The notes: generated by a model from the sequence alone, not told the origin. DNA of 64,000 nt from an uncultured Spirochaetaceae bacterium (GCA_964346645.1 CAYFVU010000003.1:7157-71156); one strand, 5' to 3'; numbered from the stretch's first letter, positions 1 through 10,131 are shown. Made by a program: numbers and translations.

Positions 1-1
1 G

Positions 2-787
2 GCGAAGACCATAGAGTTCCAGGCGAGAAAACACAACTACTCCCTCATCGTCGGCAACACCGGCAACAGCCTCGAGGAGGAGGAGACGATCATCAACGCC
101 TTCCAGGAGCGCAAGGTCGACGGCTTCATCATCGCCTCCACCGAGCTGCGGGACAAGAAGGTGCAGAACACGATCAGGGCGGGCTACCCCACCATTCTCT
201 TTCACCGCCGTCTCGAGAACAACGACAAGGTCAACTACGTCTGCTGCCACGAGGAGCGGGGCGTAGAGCTCGCCCTCTCCCACCTCACCGGGCTCGGACA
301 CCGCCGGATCGGCTTCGTCTCCGGCCCCCGCCGCTACTCCACCGGTGTGGAGCGGCTGCGGGCCTTCATGAATTTCGGAGAACGGTATCAGATAGAGCGC
401 GATTCGTACTTAATAAAAGAGGGCGGCTACAACAAGAACCGAACGCTGCAGGCGGTCGACGAATTATTGAGCATCCCCGAGCCTCCCACGGCAATTTTCG
501 CGGCAAACGACTTCATGGCACTTCAGGTCCTCGACCTCGTCCTCGAACGCGGCTTTCGAGTCCCGGAGGATATTTCCATCATGGGTTTCGACGACATCCC
601 CCTCGCCTCCCACAACTCGATCCGGCTCACCACCATCGACGTTCAGCTCCACAAGGGCGCAATCGTGACCATCGAGAAGCTCATCAACCTCATCGAAGGG
701 GTCCAGAAGCCGACCGAAAATATCCAGGTCCTCCTGGAGCCCGAGCTCAAAGCGCGTGCCTCCACAGGGCCTCCGCGACCGGAATAA
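2..787 (+). CDS. LacI-family transcriptional regulator, effector-binding part; 5' end outside the window
   Basis: Frame of ORF 161..787 stays open back to base 2 (AKTIEFQARKHNYSLIVGNTGN...VDGFIIAST). LacI/GalR sugar-binding-domain sequence (FAANDFMALQVL, SIMGFDDIPLAS). Stop TAA at 785-787. Confidence 0.8.
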   Translation, partial: AKTIEFQARKHNYSLIVGNTGNSLEEEETIINAFQERKVDGFIIASTELRDKKVQNTIRAGYPTILFHRRLENNDKVNYVCCHEERGVELALSHLTGLGHRRIGFVSGPRRYSTGVERLRAFMNFGERYQIERDSYLIKEGGYNKNRTLQAVDELLSIPEPPTAIFAANDFMALQVLDLVLERGFRVPEDISIMGFDDIPLASHNSIRLTTIDVQLHKGAIVTIEKLINLIEGVQKPTENIQVLLEPELKARASTGPPRPE

Positions 788-835
788 GCCCAGGGCATGT
801 TCTGCGTGTATACACGATTGGCCTCGAGGTGCTCT

Positions 836-1711
836 TCAGTCTCTTTCCACATAAGAATCGTGAATTGACTCCGGATCGAGCCCACTCCCCGGCAAAGCGA
901 ATTCTCTCAGACACGTAAACTCCGTATCGTCGAAGAAACGCAAATCCCGAAGCCGCTCCCGTCCGTCGAATTCTATAAACGATACTCCGCTTACAGTAGT
1001 GCTCGCGAGCGGAGCGTAATCCGGGACGATCATATCATTCCTCGGAAGGAGAATGCCCTTATACCAGGCAAGAGAGAGAACGTACCCCCCGCCCTTTCGG
1101 CGCATGCCGACAATCTCGTCGAAAAAGACACCGCCGGGAGTCCCGAACAGCGATTCCCCGTCCGAACTCTCAGAACCAAGCCTTCGTCCGGCGAGCTCGT
1201 CTCGGTATTCTCTCAAGAGCTCAGAAATGTCAGGCGAGTCGAGTACCAGCGGGACCGGCAGCTCCCCTACCAATGTAAAGACCTGAACTGATGATGCCGG
1301 AAGGAAGGATATATCGGCTTCTCCGCCACCCATTATTAACCCTGTTTCGATTCGTATCGAATGTATACGCCCTCGAGCTGCTCGTATCGAAACCATTCCC
1401 TGCTCCGCCCTCGCCTGTCCATCGCAGGAGAAACGCAGCAAGGCCGCCGCTCCCTCGAGCTCTCCATCCTCGGGATAGGTAAGACCCGCTTCGGCACTCC
1501 AGAGCTCCTCGATCTCGGTATCCTTCGTAGGATTCGAGCGGAGAAAGACACTCAGTCCCTCCTCGACGAGAGAGACTGAATAGAGCCGACGATTGCGGGG
1601 AAGATGCAGAACCGCTCTTTGATTGCAGAGCTCAACTACCTTCCCGAGCTCACCTCTCCTAAGAACACGTTCCACGAACTCCCCAAGCAACTCCTCGGCT
1701 CCGCGCATCAC
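836..1711 (-). CDS. hypothetical protein (N-terminal part looks NTF2/SnoaL-like; no recognisable catalytic motif)
   Basis: 291-aa ORF immediately downstream (5 nt) of the tandem SnoaL-like gene on the same strand. GAGGAG upstream of GTG-ATG start at 1711/1708. Coding-like composition. Confidence 0.5.
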   Translation of the reverse strand: MMRGAEELLGEFVERVLRRGELGKVVELCNQRAVLHLPRNRRLYSVSLVEEGLSVFLRSNPTKDTEIEELWSAEAGLTYPEDGELEGAAALLRFSCDGQARAEQGMVSIRAARGRIHSIRIETGLIMGGGEADISFLPASSVQVFTLVGELPVPLVLDSPDISELLREYRDELAGRRLGSESSDGESLFGTPGGVFFDEIVGMRRKGGGYVLSLAWYKGILLPRNDMIVPDYAPLASTTVSGVSFIEFDGRERLRDLRFFDDTEFTCLREFALPGSGLDPESIHDSYVERD

Positions 1712-1716
1712 CTACA

Positions 1717-2997
1717 CTACTCCTCAGTCCCAGCTTTTTCCGCAGGGGCGGATTTTGCGGCGGTTGTCCTCACGGCGGCCGCCTTTCCGTCGGCATCCTT
1801 CCCGGCAGCTGCATTCCCGGCGGATATATTCCCAACAGTTGCTTTCCCGGCGGCTGCCTCTGCGGCACGCTGCCTACGGCGGGCCCGTTCTATACGCACC
1901 ATCGTCTCGAGTTCGTTGAAGAGGGTCAGCTCCTCTACGAATTTCCCGTCCTTGATGACGTGGTTGGTTATGCCCATGATCTCGACCCGCAGGCCGGAGG
2001 GCGGGCCGAATACCCCGTTGCCCTTGTGGGTCCCGCGCATCGTCCAGCGGGTGGAGGAGCGAAAGCCGTCTTTCTCGTTGCCGTTCCAATAGATGTCGTC
2101 TATCGAGAGATGGGCGTCGGGAAAGAGGGAGATCCACTGCAGGAGCTGCTTCTTGAGGGAATCGCGGCCGTAGAGCGTGACGTTCCTGCTGCCGTGGTAC
2201 CGGTAGTCCTCCCGGTAGTACTCGTCGGCACGGCCGAAGAGGCGCCAGTTGAAGGTCTCCTCCAGCGCGCGCCGGATAAGCCCCTCCACATCGCTCGGGT
2301 CTTCGGGCTTCGGCGGAAGCTCCGGCGGCTCGCCTTCGCCGTGTACCCGCTCGATCTGTCCGGGCTCGGCCTGGTAGTCGTCGCAGTAGCCGGATTCGAC
2401 GAGCTTTCCGACGGTCTCTTCCAGGTCGAAACCGAGCTGCATCACCGTGGCGGTGTCGTCGTGGACTACCCACTCCTCTATGATGCGGTTCTTGCGGGTA
2501 AAGCAGTTGGCGATGCCGCGTCGGCAGATCTTCCGGCCCGAGGGAGGCCCGTACATCGTCCAGCCGAGATTGGTTCCCACCGCGGTGCTGGGCATGGAGG
2601 TGTCGAAGCCGTCCTTGTCGTTTCCCCGCCACAGCACGTCGTCTACGTAGAGCTTGAAGTCGGGAAACGCGTTCTGCGCCGCCGCGGTGGCCGCGACCAC
2701 GTCGTCGCGCCCGTAGACCAGACCGTGGGGCATGTGGGCAAGCGACTTGTGGTGGTAGTGGGTGTAGACCAGCCCCGGATTCTTCTCGTCCCAAATCTTG
2801 TAGGTACAGCGCACGATGTAGTCGACGATGTCGGTGTAGTCCTCGTCGAAGCCTTCCAGGCTCTGTCGCCTGCCGCCTGAAGGCGGTATCATTTCGCTTA
2901 TGTCGGCCTTGAGGTCGAACTCTATCGGCTCTCCCTTGCCGGCGCTCTCTTTTCCCTGCTCCTTGGCAGGCTGATTGCTGTTCTGCTTTTCAGCCAT
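1717..2997 (-). CDS. tandem SnoaL/NTF2-like (ester-cyclase-like) domain protein with Ala/Gly/Lys-rich C-terminal tail
   Basis: Two similar repeats (…YTHYHHKS…VYGRDDV…DDVLWRGNDKDGF… and …YRYHGSRNVTLYGRDSL…DDIYWNGNEKDGF…) typical of SnoaL-like cyclase folds. ATG at 2997 is preceded by AAGGAG with a 6-nt spacer; the longer ORF start at 3027 has no RBS. Confidence 0.65.
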   Translation of the reverse strand: MAEKQNSNQPAKEQGKESAGKGEPIEFDLKADISEMIPPSGGRRQSLEGFDEDYTDIVDYIVRCTYKIWDEKNPGLVYTHYHHKSLAHMPHGLVYGRDDVVAATAAAQNAFPDFKLYVDDVLWRGNDKDGFDTSMPSTAVGTNLGWTMYGPPSGRKICRRGIANCFTRKNRIIEEWVVHDDTATVMQLGFDLEETVGKLVESGYCDDYQAEPGQIERVHGEGEPPELPPKPEDPSDVEGLIRRALEETFNWRLFGRADEYYREDYRYHGSRNVTLYGRDSLKKQLLQWISLFPDAHLSIDDIYWNGNEKDGFRSSTRWTMRGTHKGNGVFGPPSGLRVEIMGITNHVIKDGKFVEELTLFNELETMVRIERARRRQRAAEAAAGKATVGNISAGNAAAGKDADGKAAAVRTTAAKSAPAEKAGTEE

Positions 2998-3131
2998 GTT
3001 TCGCTCCTTGACTCCATTAGTATACACGACTTCCCGCGAAAACGCAGGAAGCCGTGTAGAAAAGTTTTTCGATATGATGTAACGCGCGAATTATCGCGCT
3101 TCAGTCGATGCGGCCTGTGCTCGGTCAGTGC

Positions 3132-4136
3132 TCAGCCCTTGACTGCGCCTCCCGTGAGCCCCTTTACCAGGTGCTTCTGGAACATGAGGATGATGATGAT
3201 GATAGGTATCGTTGCCGAAACGGCAGCAGCCGCAGCAAGCGTTATGTCTCCGGGATCCTCACCTCCGGTAAACTGCGCAATAGCCACCGGGAGGGTCCAC
3301 TTCGTTTGCGTCAGCACACGCGCAATGAGGAACTCGTTGTAGGCGAGAAGCAGTGTAAAGAGGGCGGTCGAAATGATTCCCGGCCAGGCCGAGGGTAGTA
3401 TGACCCTCAAGAATGCCTGCAGCGGACCGAGTCCGTCTATCTTCGCCTGCTCGTCGAGCTCCTTCGGTATCTCCGCAAAGAAGGCCCTGAGCATCCAGAC
3501 ACTAAAGGGCTGATTCGCCGCCACGAGAACGAGGATCAACATGATGTAGGTGTCGTGGAAGCCGGTCAACTGTCCCAGTGAGTAGTAGGGAAGCGCATAT
3601 GCCATACGCGGAAGCGCCCTGAAGGCGAGCGCGGCAACGAGTATTACCACACCGTCTAACTTCGAGAATCTCGCCAACGCGTACCCGGCGAGACTGCTGA
3701 AGGACATCGAAATGATGATAACCCCCGTTGTGACAATGACCGAGTTTACAAAGTAGTTGTAGAACTCTGCCGTATCGACGATTCTCGGTACGATCCAGAT
3801 GAGGAAAAACAGCATGAGTACAATGAGGAGGTTGTTAGTCCAATTAGGAATTGGAATTCGATTGCTGAAGACCGCGAGGAGAATTATGGTCACTATAACC
3901 GACAGTACAATGACTCCCAGCATGCTGAGATTCTGGGGAGAGGACTCGAGCCAGAGATTTTTGTAGTTCTTGAAAGTCGGACTGAAGAAGAACACAGGGT
4001 TTCTCGCAAACGCCAGTCGAAGGGTCTTGAGCGACTGAAGGGCGGTCCAGAAAAAGGGCATTACACTGTAGGCGAAGAATAGCGCCAGGCCCAACCACAT
4101 CGCCAATCGTCCGTATGGATTGAGTATTGGTTTCAT
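3132..4136 (-). CDS. carbohydrate ABC transporter permease (MalG/CUT1 type)
   Basis: Multi-TM ORF with EAA-loop-like motif (DEQAKIDGLGPLQAFLRVILP). Adjacent to a second permease and a binding protein. Confidence 0.85.
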   Translation of the reverse strand: MKPILNPYGRLAMWLGLALFFAYSVMPFFWTALQSLKTLRLAFARNPVFFFSPTFKNYKNLWLESSPQNLSMLGVIVLSVIVTIILLAVFSNRIPIPNWTNNLLIVLMLFFLIWIVPRIVDTAEFYNYFVNSVIVTTGVIIISMSFSSLAGYALARFSKLDGVVILVAALAFRALPRMAYALPYYSLGQLTGFHDTYIMLILVLVAANQPFSVWMLRAFFAEIPKELDEQAKIDGLGPLQAFLRVILPSAWPGIISTALFTLLLAYNEFLIARVLTQTKWTLPVAIAQFTGGEDPGDITLAAAAAVSATIPIIIIILMFQKHLVKGLTGGAVKG

Positions 4137-4139
4137 TGT

Positions 4140-5003
4140 TTATTCCTTTCCCATCACTTGGAGATATGTTTTCCGCAGCCAGGGGATCAGCACCACCAAC
4201 ACACCTAAGATGGTGAGAACGGCAGTCGCATTGGCCCTGCCTAGACGCTGCACCTTCATACCTATCCGAAAGTTGTACATCATCAAGTTCTCCGCATGGT
4301 AGATCGGGTTCTGCTCGGTCATGACGAGGATGGTGTCGAACATTCGGTACATATCCATTATCAGGATCATCGTTGCCATGAGAAGGAGAGGACGCAGGTG
4401 CGGGAGCACGACAAAAGCTATCTGCTGCAGCCTATTCGCCCCGTCTACCTCCGCAGCCTCCAGATGGTCTTGCGGAAGAGTCTGCAGACCCGCGAAAAAG
4501 ACGACGAGCGGATAGGGTGCCGCATACCAAATCAGCTGAAGGAGCACGAGGGTACGCACCGATGTGGAATTAAAGACGAAGGGCTGGTTGAATATCTGTT
4601 CATAAAACCACGCGTAGAGCCCTCCAATCTCGAAGAGCTGCTTGTACATCATCGTTCCAACGACGGGCACCACGACAAAGGGCAGCAAAAAACCCGCCAT
4701 CAGAAGCCCTCTCGTCCAATTGCGCACCTGATCGAGCAGGAGCGCCATGAGGAAACCTATAAACAGCTGTGCGGGAACGGTTACCACCACGATGAGCAGC
4801 GAAAAGCGGAAGGCCTCCCAAAATCTCGGGTCAGATAAAATATAGATGTAGTTTTTTATTCCGTTAAATTCAGGCGAACTTAAGTTCCTGAAGGTAACGA
4901 AATGAAAACTCATGTACACGGCAACCGCGATGGGAAAGACCATGAGCGTGAGCATGAGAAGGTTGCTCGGTGCGGTAAACCGATAAAATATTTTTCGATT
5001 CAT
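4140..5003 (-). CDS. sugar ABC transporter permease (MalF/UgpA type)
   Basis: Six-TM-like ORF with EAAEVDGANRLQQIAFVVLP permease signature. AGGAGA RBS. Confidence 0.85.
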   Translation of the reverse strand: MNRKIFYRFTAPSNLLMLTLMVFPIAVAVYMSFHFVTFRNLSSPEFNGIKNYIYILSDPRFWEAFRFSLLIVVVTVPAQLFIGFLMALLLDQVRNWTRGLLMAGFLLPFVVVPVVGTMMYKQLFEIGGLYAWFYEQIFNQPFVFNSTSVRTLVLLQLIWYAAPYPLVVFFAGLQTLPQDHLEAAEVDGANRLQQIAFVVLPHLRPLLLMATMILIMDMYRMFDTILVMTEQNPIYHAENLMMYNFRIGMKVQRLGRANATAVLTILGVLVVLIPWLRKTYLQVMGKE

Positions 5004-5104
5004 ATCGGAGTTCTCCTGTTTCTACGCGACCCTAAACGGCGAGCCCTGCATCCGGAACATTACCAGATGCAGGGAAACACCGTATGCACATCACGCAGTT
5101 GTCG

Positions 5105-6454
5105 TTAGTCGATATATCCTTGAGCCTTGGCCTCTTCGTTGAACTTCTCTTCGGCCTTCGTCAGAGCCTCTTTCGGACTCAACTCTCCGGTTCCGACGAG
5201 GGGCAAATATTCACCGAGGGCGGTACGGGCAAGCGGATTGGCCGGACTGACCTGGTAGGCCCCGACTCCCTCTGCAATGCTCTCCATTGCCGAAGGCATA
5301 TAGGGATCGGCTTGCTCACTCTGCACTGCCTTCTGCCTGGTGGGAATACCGTGTCCGGCAGCCATCTTCTGACTCTCCAGATCGGTTGCTTCCATTATGA
5401 CCTTGAATATGAGCTCCTTATCCACCTCGGTGGTCTTGGGGATGCAGTAGAAGTCGTTGTAGGTACTCGCACCTCGGGGTCCGCCCTCTGTCGGTCTCGG
5501 GGAAGGGGCAAACTTCAGATCCTCCGGATAGTTCGACTTTTCCGGATCGAGCATGCCCGCTGCTCGGCTCGCCCAGATATTGGCAAAGGCAAGACGTCCG
5601 GTCTGCAGGCCGATCTCGCTGTCGTCGATGCTATAGGACATGCCGCCGTCGCCCATCGCCTTGTTTGCTACCTCTTTCATCAACTCGAGGGCCTTTACGC
5701 CCGCCTCGCTGTTGAAGGCACAGGTGTTGTCGTCGTTTATGTACTTGCCGCCGAAGGCACGGAGGAAGTGCAAGAACTCGATCTCCCATGCCCATCCGGC
5801 GTGGAGGTTCATGGTGAAGGGTACATTGATGCTGTTCTCGTTTTCCCGCAGCTTCTGAGAGGCAGAGATAACCTCTTCGTAGGTCTCCGGCACCTCGATA
5901 CCGTGCTTCTCGAAGAGATCTTCGCGATAGATCAGCTGGAAAGTGTTGGAGGTGATGGGAATACCCATGACCTGTCCTTCGATAGTAGCAGCCTCCCACA
6001 TCTGGTCGGGAATGTCCTCGAGGTCGTACTCGTCGCCGTACTTGTCGATGAGATCGTCGAGGGGCATGAGCCATCCGTTGAATCCCCACTCGTTCATCTG
6101 CGAGTTCGAGGCATGTACGATGGCGTAGGGAGACTCCTTTCCTCCGGAAAGTCCGAGACGTACCTGCTCCTGCGCACTGGCGGAGTCGAGCAGCTGTGTG
6201 TTCACCTTAAGATTGTCTACCGAGTTGAACGTCTCGAGCTCATCCGCGTAGAACTCGGTAATGGGGAATGCCCAGCCGATCATGTCGATGGTGGTTCTCT
6301 TCTCGGGAGCCGCGATGGGACCTTCGGCCTCCTTAGCGGTCTCTTCGGCTTTTTCTCCCCCCGCAGCTTTTTCGGCCTCTTTCTGACAGCCGACGAAAGC
6401 GGCCATAGAGACCACGATTACGATCAAAGTGAGAATCGTAAGTAATTTTCTCAT
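5105..6454 (-). CDS. extracellular solute-binding protein of sugar ABC transporter (probable lipoprotein)
   Basis: N-terminal signal with Cys (…VSMAAFVGCQ). SBP family 1-like sequence. Strong AAGGAGG RBS upstream of ATG 6454. Confidence 0.85.
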   Translation of the reverse strand: MRKLLTILTLIVIVVSMAAFVGCQKEAEKAAGGEKAEETAKEAEGPIAAPEKRTTIDMIGWAFPITEFYADELETFNSVDNLKVNTQLLDSASAQEQVRLGLSGGKESPYAIVHASNSQMNEWGFNGWLMPLDDLIDKYGDEYDLEDIPDQMWEAATIEGQVMGIPITSNTFQLIYREDLFEKHGIEVPETYEEVISASQKLRENENSINVPFTMNLHAGWAWEIEFLHFLRAFGGKYINDDNTCAFNSEAGVKALELMKEVANKAMGDGGMSYSIDDSEIGLQTGRLAFANIWASRAAGMLDPEKSNYPEDLKFAPSPRPTEGGPRGASTYNDFYCIPKTTEVDKELIFKVIMEATDLESQKMAAGHGIPTRQKAVQSEQADPYMPSAMESIAEGVGAYQVSPANPLARTALGEYLPLVGTGELSPKEALTKAEEKFNEEAKAQGYID

Positions 6455-6578
6455 TTCTTCCTCCTTTAGTATTGGACCGTAGATACGGTTCTATATCCAA
6501 CGGTTAGACGACGTATAGAACATGCTTCATCTAACCGCTAATATGCGATGTGAAATGCAATTCATAATACCTCAATAA

Positions 6579-6592
6579 AGAATACGTATGCA
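6579..6592. promoter_or_regulatory. candidate LacI/AraR-type operator AGAATACGTATGCA
   Basis: Member of a recurrent 14-bp palindrome family (core ATACGTAT). Lies 125 nt upstream of the binding-protein start at 6454. Confidence 0.45.
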
Positions 6593-6780
6593 TGAATATG
6601 ATGAGTGTATCCCCACTACACCCTGTTGTCAAGAAAAAAGTTTGTACTTTTTTATGACGGATACGCAGTTATTCACGCGTCTAAACTGAGAAAATCATTT
6701 TTATTATCATTGGACCGTGTATTCTGAAACACAAAAGGTGCCATAAGACAGAGAATATGTTTTATAGATCTATATATATA

Positions 6781-6794
6781 AGAATACGTATTCA
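6781..6794. promoter_or_regulatory. candidate LacI/AraR-type operator AGAATACGTATTCA
   Basis: Second copy in the same AT-rich spacer. Near-perfect dyad. Confidence 0.45.
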
Positions 6795-6891
6795 ATACTT
6801 GATCCATAGAGCTCTTCTGGACTCCTATAAAAAAGGAGCAATAGTCTGTCCGGCGCTCTAAAAATCCAATGCTCTGTTTTCTATTAGCTCT

Positions 6892-9800
6892 CTATTTGCA
6901 GCTGAGAATCAATCTGTGGGTCTTTATCTCATACGGACTGTAGCGAACAGAAAACCTGCGGCTTTCGGCATCCATAGAGACGGGGTTCTCCTCGAGGAGG
7001 TCGGTCTCCTCTATGCGCGCAACATCGACCGGCATCATAAATATGTTATGGGAATGGGTACCCGTGCTGTCGAAACTCCGCACTACCACCCCATTTCCGT
7101 CCTCTGCCTGCTTGACGGTCTCTACAATCAGAGAGGAGGAGTCCACATTCAGTATCGAGTGCTTCGGCGGCAGGCTGACTAACTTGGTTTCAGATTTCCG
7201 TTCCCTCGATGACGGCGCTTTCGAGCGAGACTGCTCTTCCGTTCTGCCAGCGTCTTTCTCGGCCGGCACCACTTCGCACATGATGGCCGGTACATTGTAT
7301 TCGTAGCCCCGTCGGTCTACCTGCGCCTGTCGCCAGGTACCGTAATGCGGATACAATGAATAGGATATGCGATGATCGCCCTGATCGCTGCCATCGTCGG
7401 GTCGTATCGGACTCCTCAAAAGTGAGAGCCGCAGCACGTTTTCCTTTGCATCGTAGCCGTACTTGCAATCGTTCAATAGAGCGACTCCGTAGTCCCCCTC
7501 GGATATGTCGGCCCACTTGTGTCCCACTACCTCAAACTTCGCCTGATCCCAGCTCGTGTTTCTGTGGGTATTCCGCTCGATGTGGCCGAAGGGAAGATCG
7601 TAGGTGGCGGTCGTCGACCTCACTGCAAGGGGAAAGGCGACCTTGAGCAGCTTTTGCGTGTTGTGCCACTGGATCTTAGTGGAGAAATCTATCCGCCGGT
7701 CCTTCTTGTAGAGCCACATCTCCTGCTCGATGGTCGAGTCGAGCACCCACCAGCTGCTGCTGAACACGGCAAAGAGCGGTCCGTTCGAAGCCAACTCCCA
7801 TCCCCTGCTCAGCTCCACTTGATAGCGATACTCCTCGAAGTGGTATGCAATATCCCAGCTGTTGAACTTGTATCCGGGATCATCCTCGAAGACCTGGAAT
7901 CTGTTTCCACCGCCGGACAGCACCTCACGGTCGAACTCTTTGTCGAAGATCCGCCTCAGCGTGCCGTCATCCTCTATCTCGATCTGATAAAACTCCGTCT
8001 CTATACGCCGGCCGTCGAAGCTTGCGGTCGCCTCCTCTCTGGAACGGCCGGTCTGGACACGCGTCACGTCGCCGGAAAACCTTACTCCGACCCATCCCAT
8101 CGACGGTGCTTCCTCTACCTCGAACCACATACGGCCGCCGTAGTGCTGAACGGGAAGGCCTGTATCGGACCCGGCCGACACCGCTGCCATACTCTCCCGC
8201 CGCTCCCTTACCGACGCGAGGGCTCTGCGCGTCCACGAGAGGGTATTAAAGAGGACGGCATCGCATTCTTTCTCCGCCCCGAAATCGATGGAGGCCATGA
8301 GTCGATCAATAGCTGCATCGCGGACCTCATTTCCGATGGAGAAGGCTTTTTCATAGTCACGCTTGATATCCGGCACTCCCTCGGGCCGGTGAGTTCCAGG
8401 GAGCGTGTCGTGGAACTGATGCAGGAGCAGCAGCTCCCATCCCTCGTTCAGTCTCTGCTGTGTCGCCTCTCCGCCGTAGATGTGCGCCATGGCGGAAAGA
8501 ATCTCCGCATCTCGGTAGAGCAGCTCTCCCTTCCTGTTGAGACGTTTCAGATCTCCCTTCGATGTGTAGGTACCCCTGTGCGCCTCGAGGTACAGTTCGT
8601 CGTCCCAGACGGCCAGCTCCTCGTTCTTCGTTTCGATCCGACGAAAAAACTCCTCGGCAAACTCGATTTCCGCATTGGGCAGTCCGGGAAAGTTCTCCGA
8701 GCGCAGGCTCGCCTCCACCATCTCTCTGGTCGGACCTCCCCCGCCGTCGGCATACCCGTAGACGAAGAGGTTCTCACCAACCGTCTGTTTCTCCCGAAAG
8801 TCCTTCCAGTGTTGCCGCAGATTGTCGGCGCTGTAGGGCTGTCCGAAGTGGGTAGACGGAAAGTGGGTCAGGACTTCGCTTCCGTCGGGCCCACGCCATC
8901 TGAAGGTGTCGTGGGGAAACTCGTTGGTGTCGTTCCATATATTCATCTTGACTGTGGAGAAGTACTTCACACCGCTCTTCCTCAGGATCTGCGGAAGGGT
9001 GTAGACGAGACCGAAGACGTCGGGCAGCCAGCAGGTCTCGCTCTCGATACCGAACTCCTCACGAAGGAAGCGCTTGCCGAAGAGTATCTGCCGCACCCAG
9101 CTCTCCGGACCCAGCAGATTGCCGTCCGGCTCTACGAACATAGAGCCGATGATCTCCCAGCGGCCCTCCTTCACCCTCGCACGCAGCTCCTCGAAGACCT
9201 CCGGGTACATCTCCTTCAGCTTCTTGTAGAGGTAGGCCTGACTGTTGCTGAACTTGTACTCGGGATACTCGCGCATGAGGCTGAGCATGTTGGTGACGGT
9301 TCTGCAGTTCTTCCTGAAGGTCTCTTTGATCGGCCACAGGTAGATGATGTCCAGATGACTGTGTGCACAGATGTTGACCCTTCCGTCGTGCCGATATGCA
9401 CTGCTGCCGAAGACCTTGTCTCGGAGAACCTCGCGGGCACGGGAGGCGGCTTCCACCGCCTCTTCGCGGCTTTCGATATGAGGTCCGATTCTCCGGCAGG
9501 TCTCCTCGAGGTGGTGGAGGAGAAACGACTCTATCTCCAAGTTGTCGTCTCTCCGGTAGTAACTCAGGTAGGCATCGAGCACAAAATAGGCGTCGCTGAG
9601 AAAAGCTTCGATATTCCTGTCCACCTTGAGCAGCCGTGCCCGTGCGAAACGGTGAAACTCCCGCTCGTCCCTTCTCCTGTCGTCGTAAGGAAAGTTAATG
9701 ACGAAAGCCTCGATCTTCAGATCGATCTTCGATTTGCGTAGCACATGTTCACCAATGGGCACGAGACTCCTGTTCCAGTCGAGCCCCTGCCAAGGATAGC

Positions 9801-10131
9801 CGTCTACGCTCAGCTGAGCCTCTCCTCCGTCGAGAAACACATCTAACATGGTATTCTCTACAGCGTGAGACTCGGGAATATCCACCGTCTTGCAGAAGAA
9901 GGCGGTCACGTCCTTACCGCCCCACCAGTCACCGAGACGTATGGGCTTCCAGTCCTCATCTATGAACCGATACGAGGCGAGACTCTCGAGCTCGGCCCTC
10001 TTGTACTGCCAGTCATCCAAGTCGACGGGATCGTAATAGCAGTACTCTGCCAGTTTCTTCAGATGTCGTTCTATCCAGTTGTGGGGAAGGTCCGGACTCC
10101 TGTCGGGATCCTTTGGCTTTCTCTTGGGCAT
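6892..10131 (-). CDS. GH38 family alpha-mannosidase (cytoplasmic; no signal peptide)
   Basis: 1079 aa. GH38 N-terminal catalytic motif region (NICAHSHLDIIYLWPIKETFRKN…; DGGGGP) and long C-terminal beta-rich domains typical of bacterial GH38 enzymes. Confidence 0.85.
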   Translation of the reverse strand: MPKRKPKDPDRSPDLPHNWIERHLKKLAEYCYYDPVDLDDWQYKRAELESLASYRFIDEDWKPIRLGDWWGGKDVTAFFCKTVDIPESHAVENTMLDVFLDGGEAQLSVDGYPWQGLDWNRSLVPIGEHVLRKSKIDLKIEAFVINFPYDDRRRDEREFHRFARARLLKVDRNIEAFLSDAYFVLDAYLSYYRRDDNLEIESFLLHHLEETCRRIGPHIESREEAVEAASRAREVLRDKVFGSSAYRHDGRVNICAHSHLDIIYLWPIKETFRKNCRTVTNMLSLMREYPEYKFSNSQAYLYKKLKEMYPEVFEELRARVKEGRWEIIGSMFVEPDGNLLGPESWVRQILFGKRFLREEFGIESETCWLPDVFGLVYTLPQILRKSGVKYFSTVKMNIWNDTNEFPHDTFRWRGPDGSEVLTHFPSTHFGQPYSADNLRQHWKDFREKQTVGENLFVYGYADGGGGPTREMVEASLRSENFPGLPNAEIEFAEEFFRRIETKNEELAVWDDELYLEAHRGTYTSKGDLKRLNRKGELLYRDAEILSAMAHIYGGEATQQRLNEGWELLLLHQFHDTLPGTHRPEGVPDIKRDYEKAFSIGNEVRDAAIDRLMASIDFGAEKECDAVLFNTLSWTRRALASVRERRESMAAVSAGSDTGLPVQHYGGRMWFEVEEAPSMGWVGVRFSGDVTRVQTGRSREEATASFDGRRIETEFYQIEIEDDGTLRRIFDKEFDREVLSGGGNRFQVFEDDPGYKFNSWDIAYHFEEYRYQVELSRGWELASNGPLFAVFSSSWWVLDSTIEQEMWLYKKDRRIDFSTKIQWHNTQKLLKVAFPLAVRSTTATYDLPFGHIERNTHRNTSWDQAKFEVVGHKWADISEGDYGVALLNDCKYGYDAKENVLRLSLLRSPIRPDDGSDQGDHRISYSLYPHYGTWRQAQVDRRGYEYNVPAIMCEVVPAEKDAGRTEEQSRSKAPSSRERKSETKLVSLPPKHSILNVDSSSLIVETVKQAEDGNGVVVRSFDSTGTHSHNIFMMPVDVARIEETDLLEENPVSMDAESRRFSVRYSPYEIKTHRLILSCK

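Noticed and set aside
3086-3101. Hairpin GCGCGA-ATTA-TCGCGC between a permease gene and the SnoaL-like gene, considered as a terminator
   Set aside because: It is only a 6-bp stem with no U-tract on the transcribed (minus) strand and lies inside an apparent operon. At most it is an mRNA-stability element, which is not enough support for a feature call.
7519-9741. 740-aa plus-strand ORF inside the GH38 gene. Similar antisense ORFs occur at 5084..6445, 9865..11232, 33052..34431, 35738..37447, 44023..45240 and 57202..59100.
   Set aside because: Each mirrors a well-supported gene on the other strand. They lack RBS and recognisable domains and show the amino-acid bias of antisense GC-rich frames.
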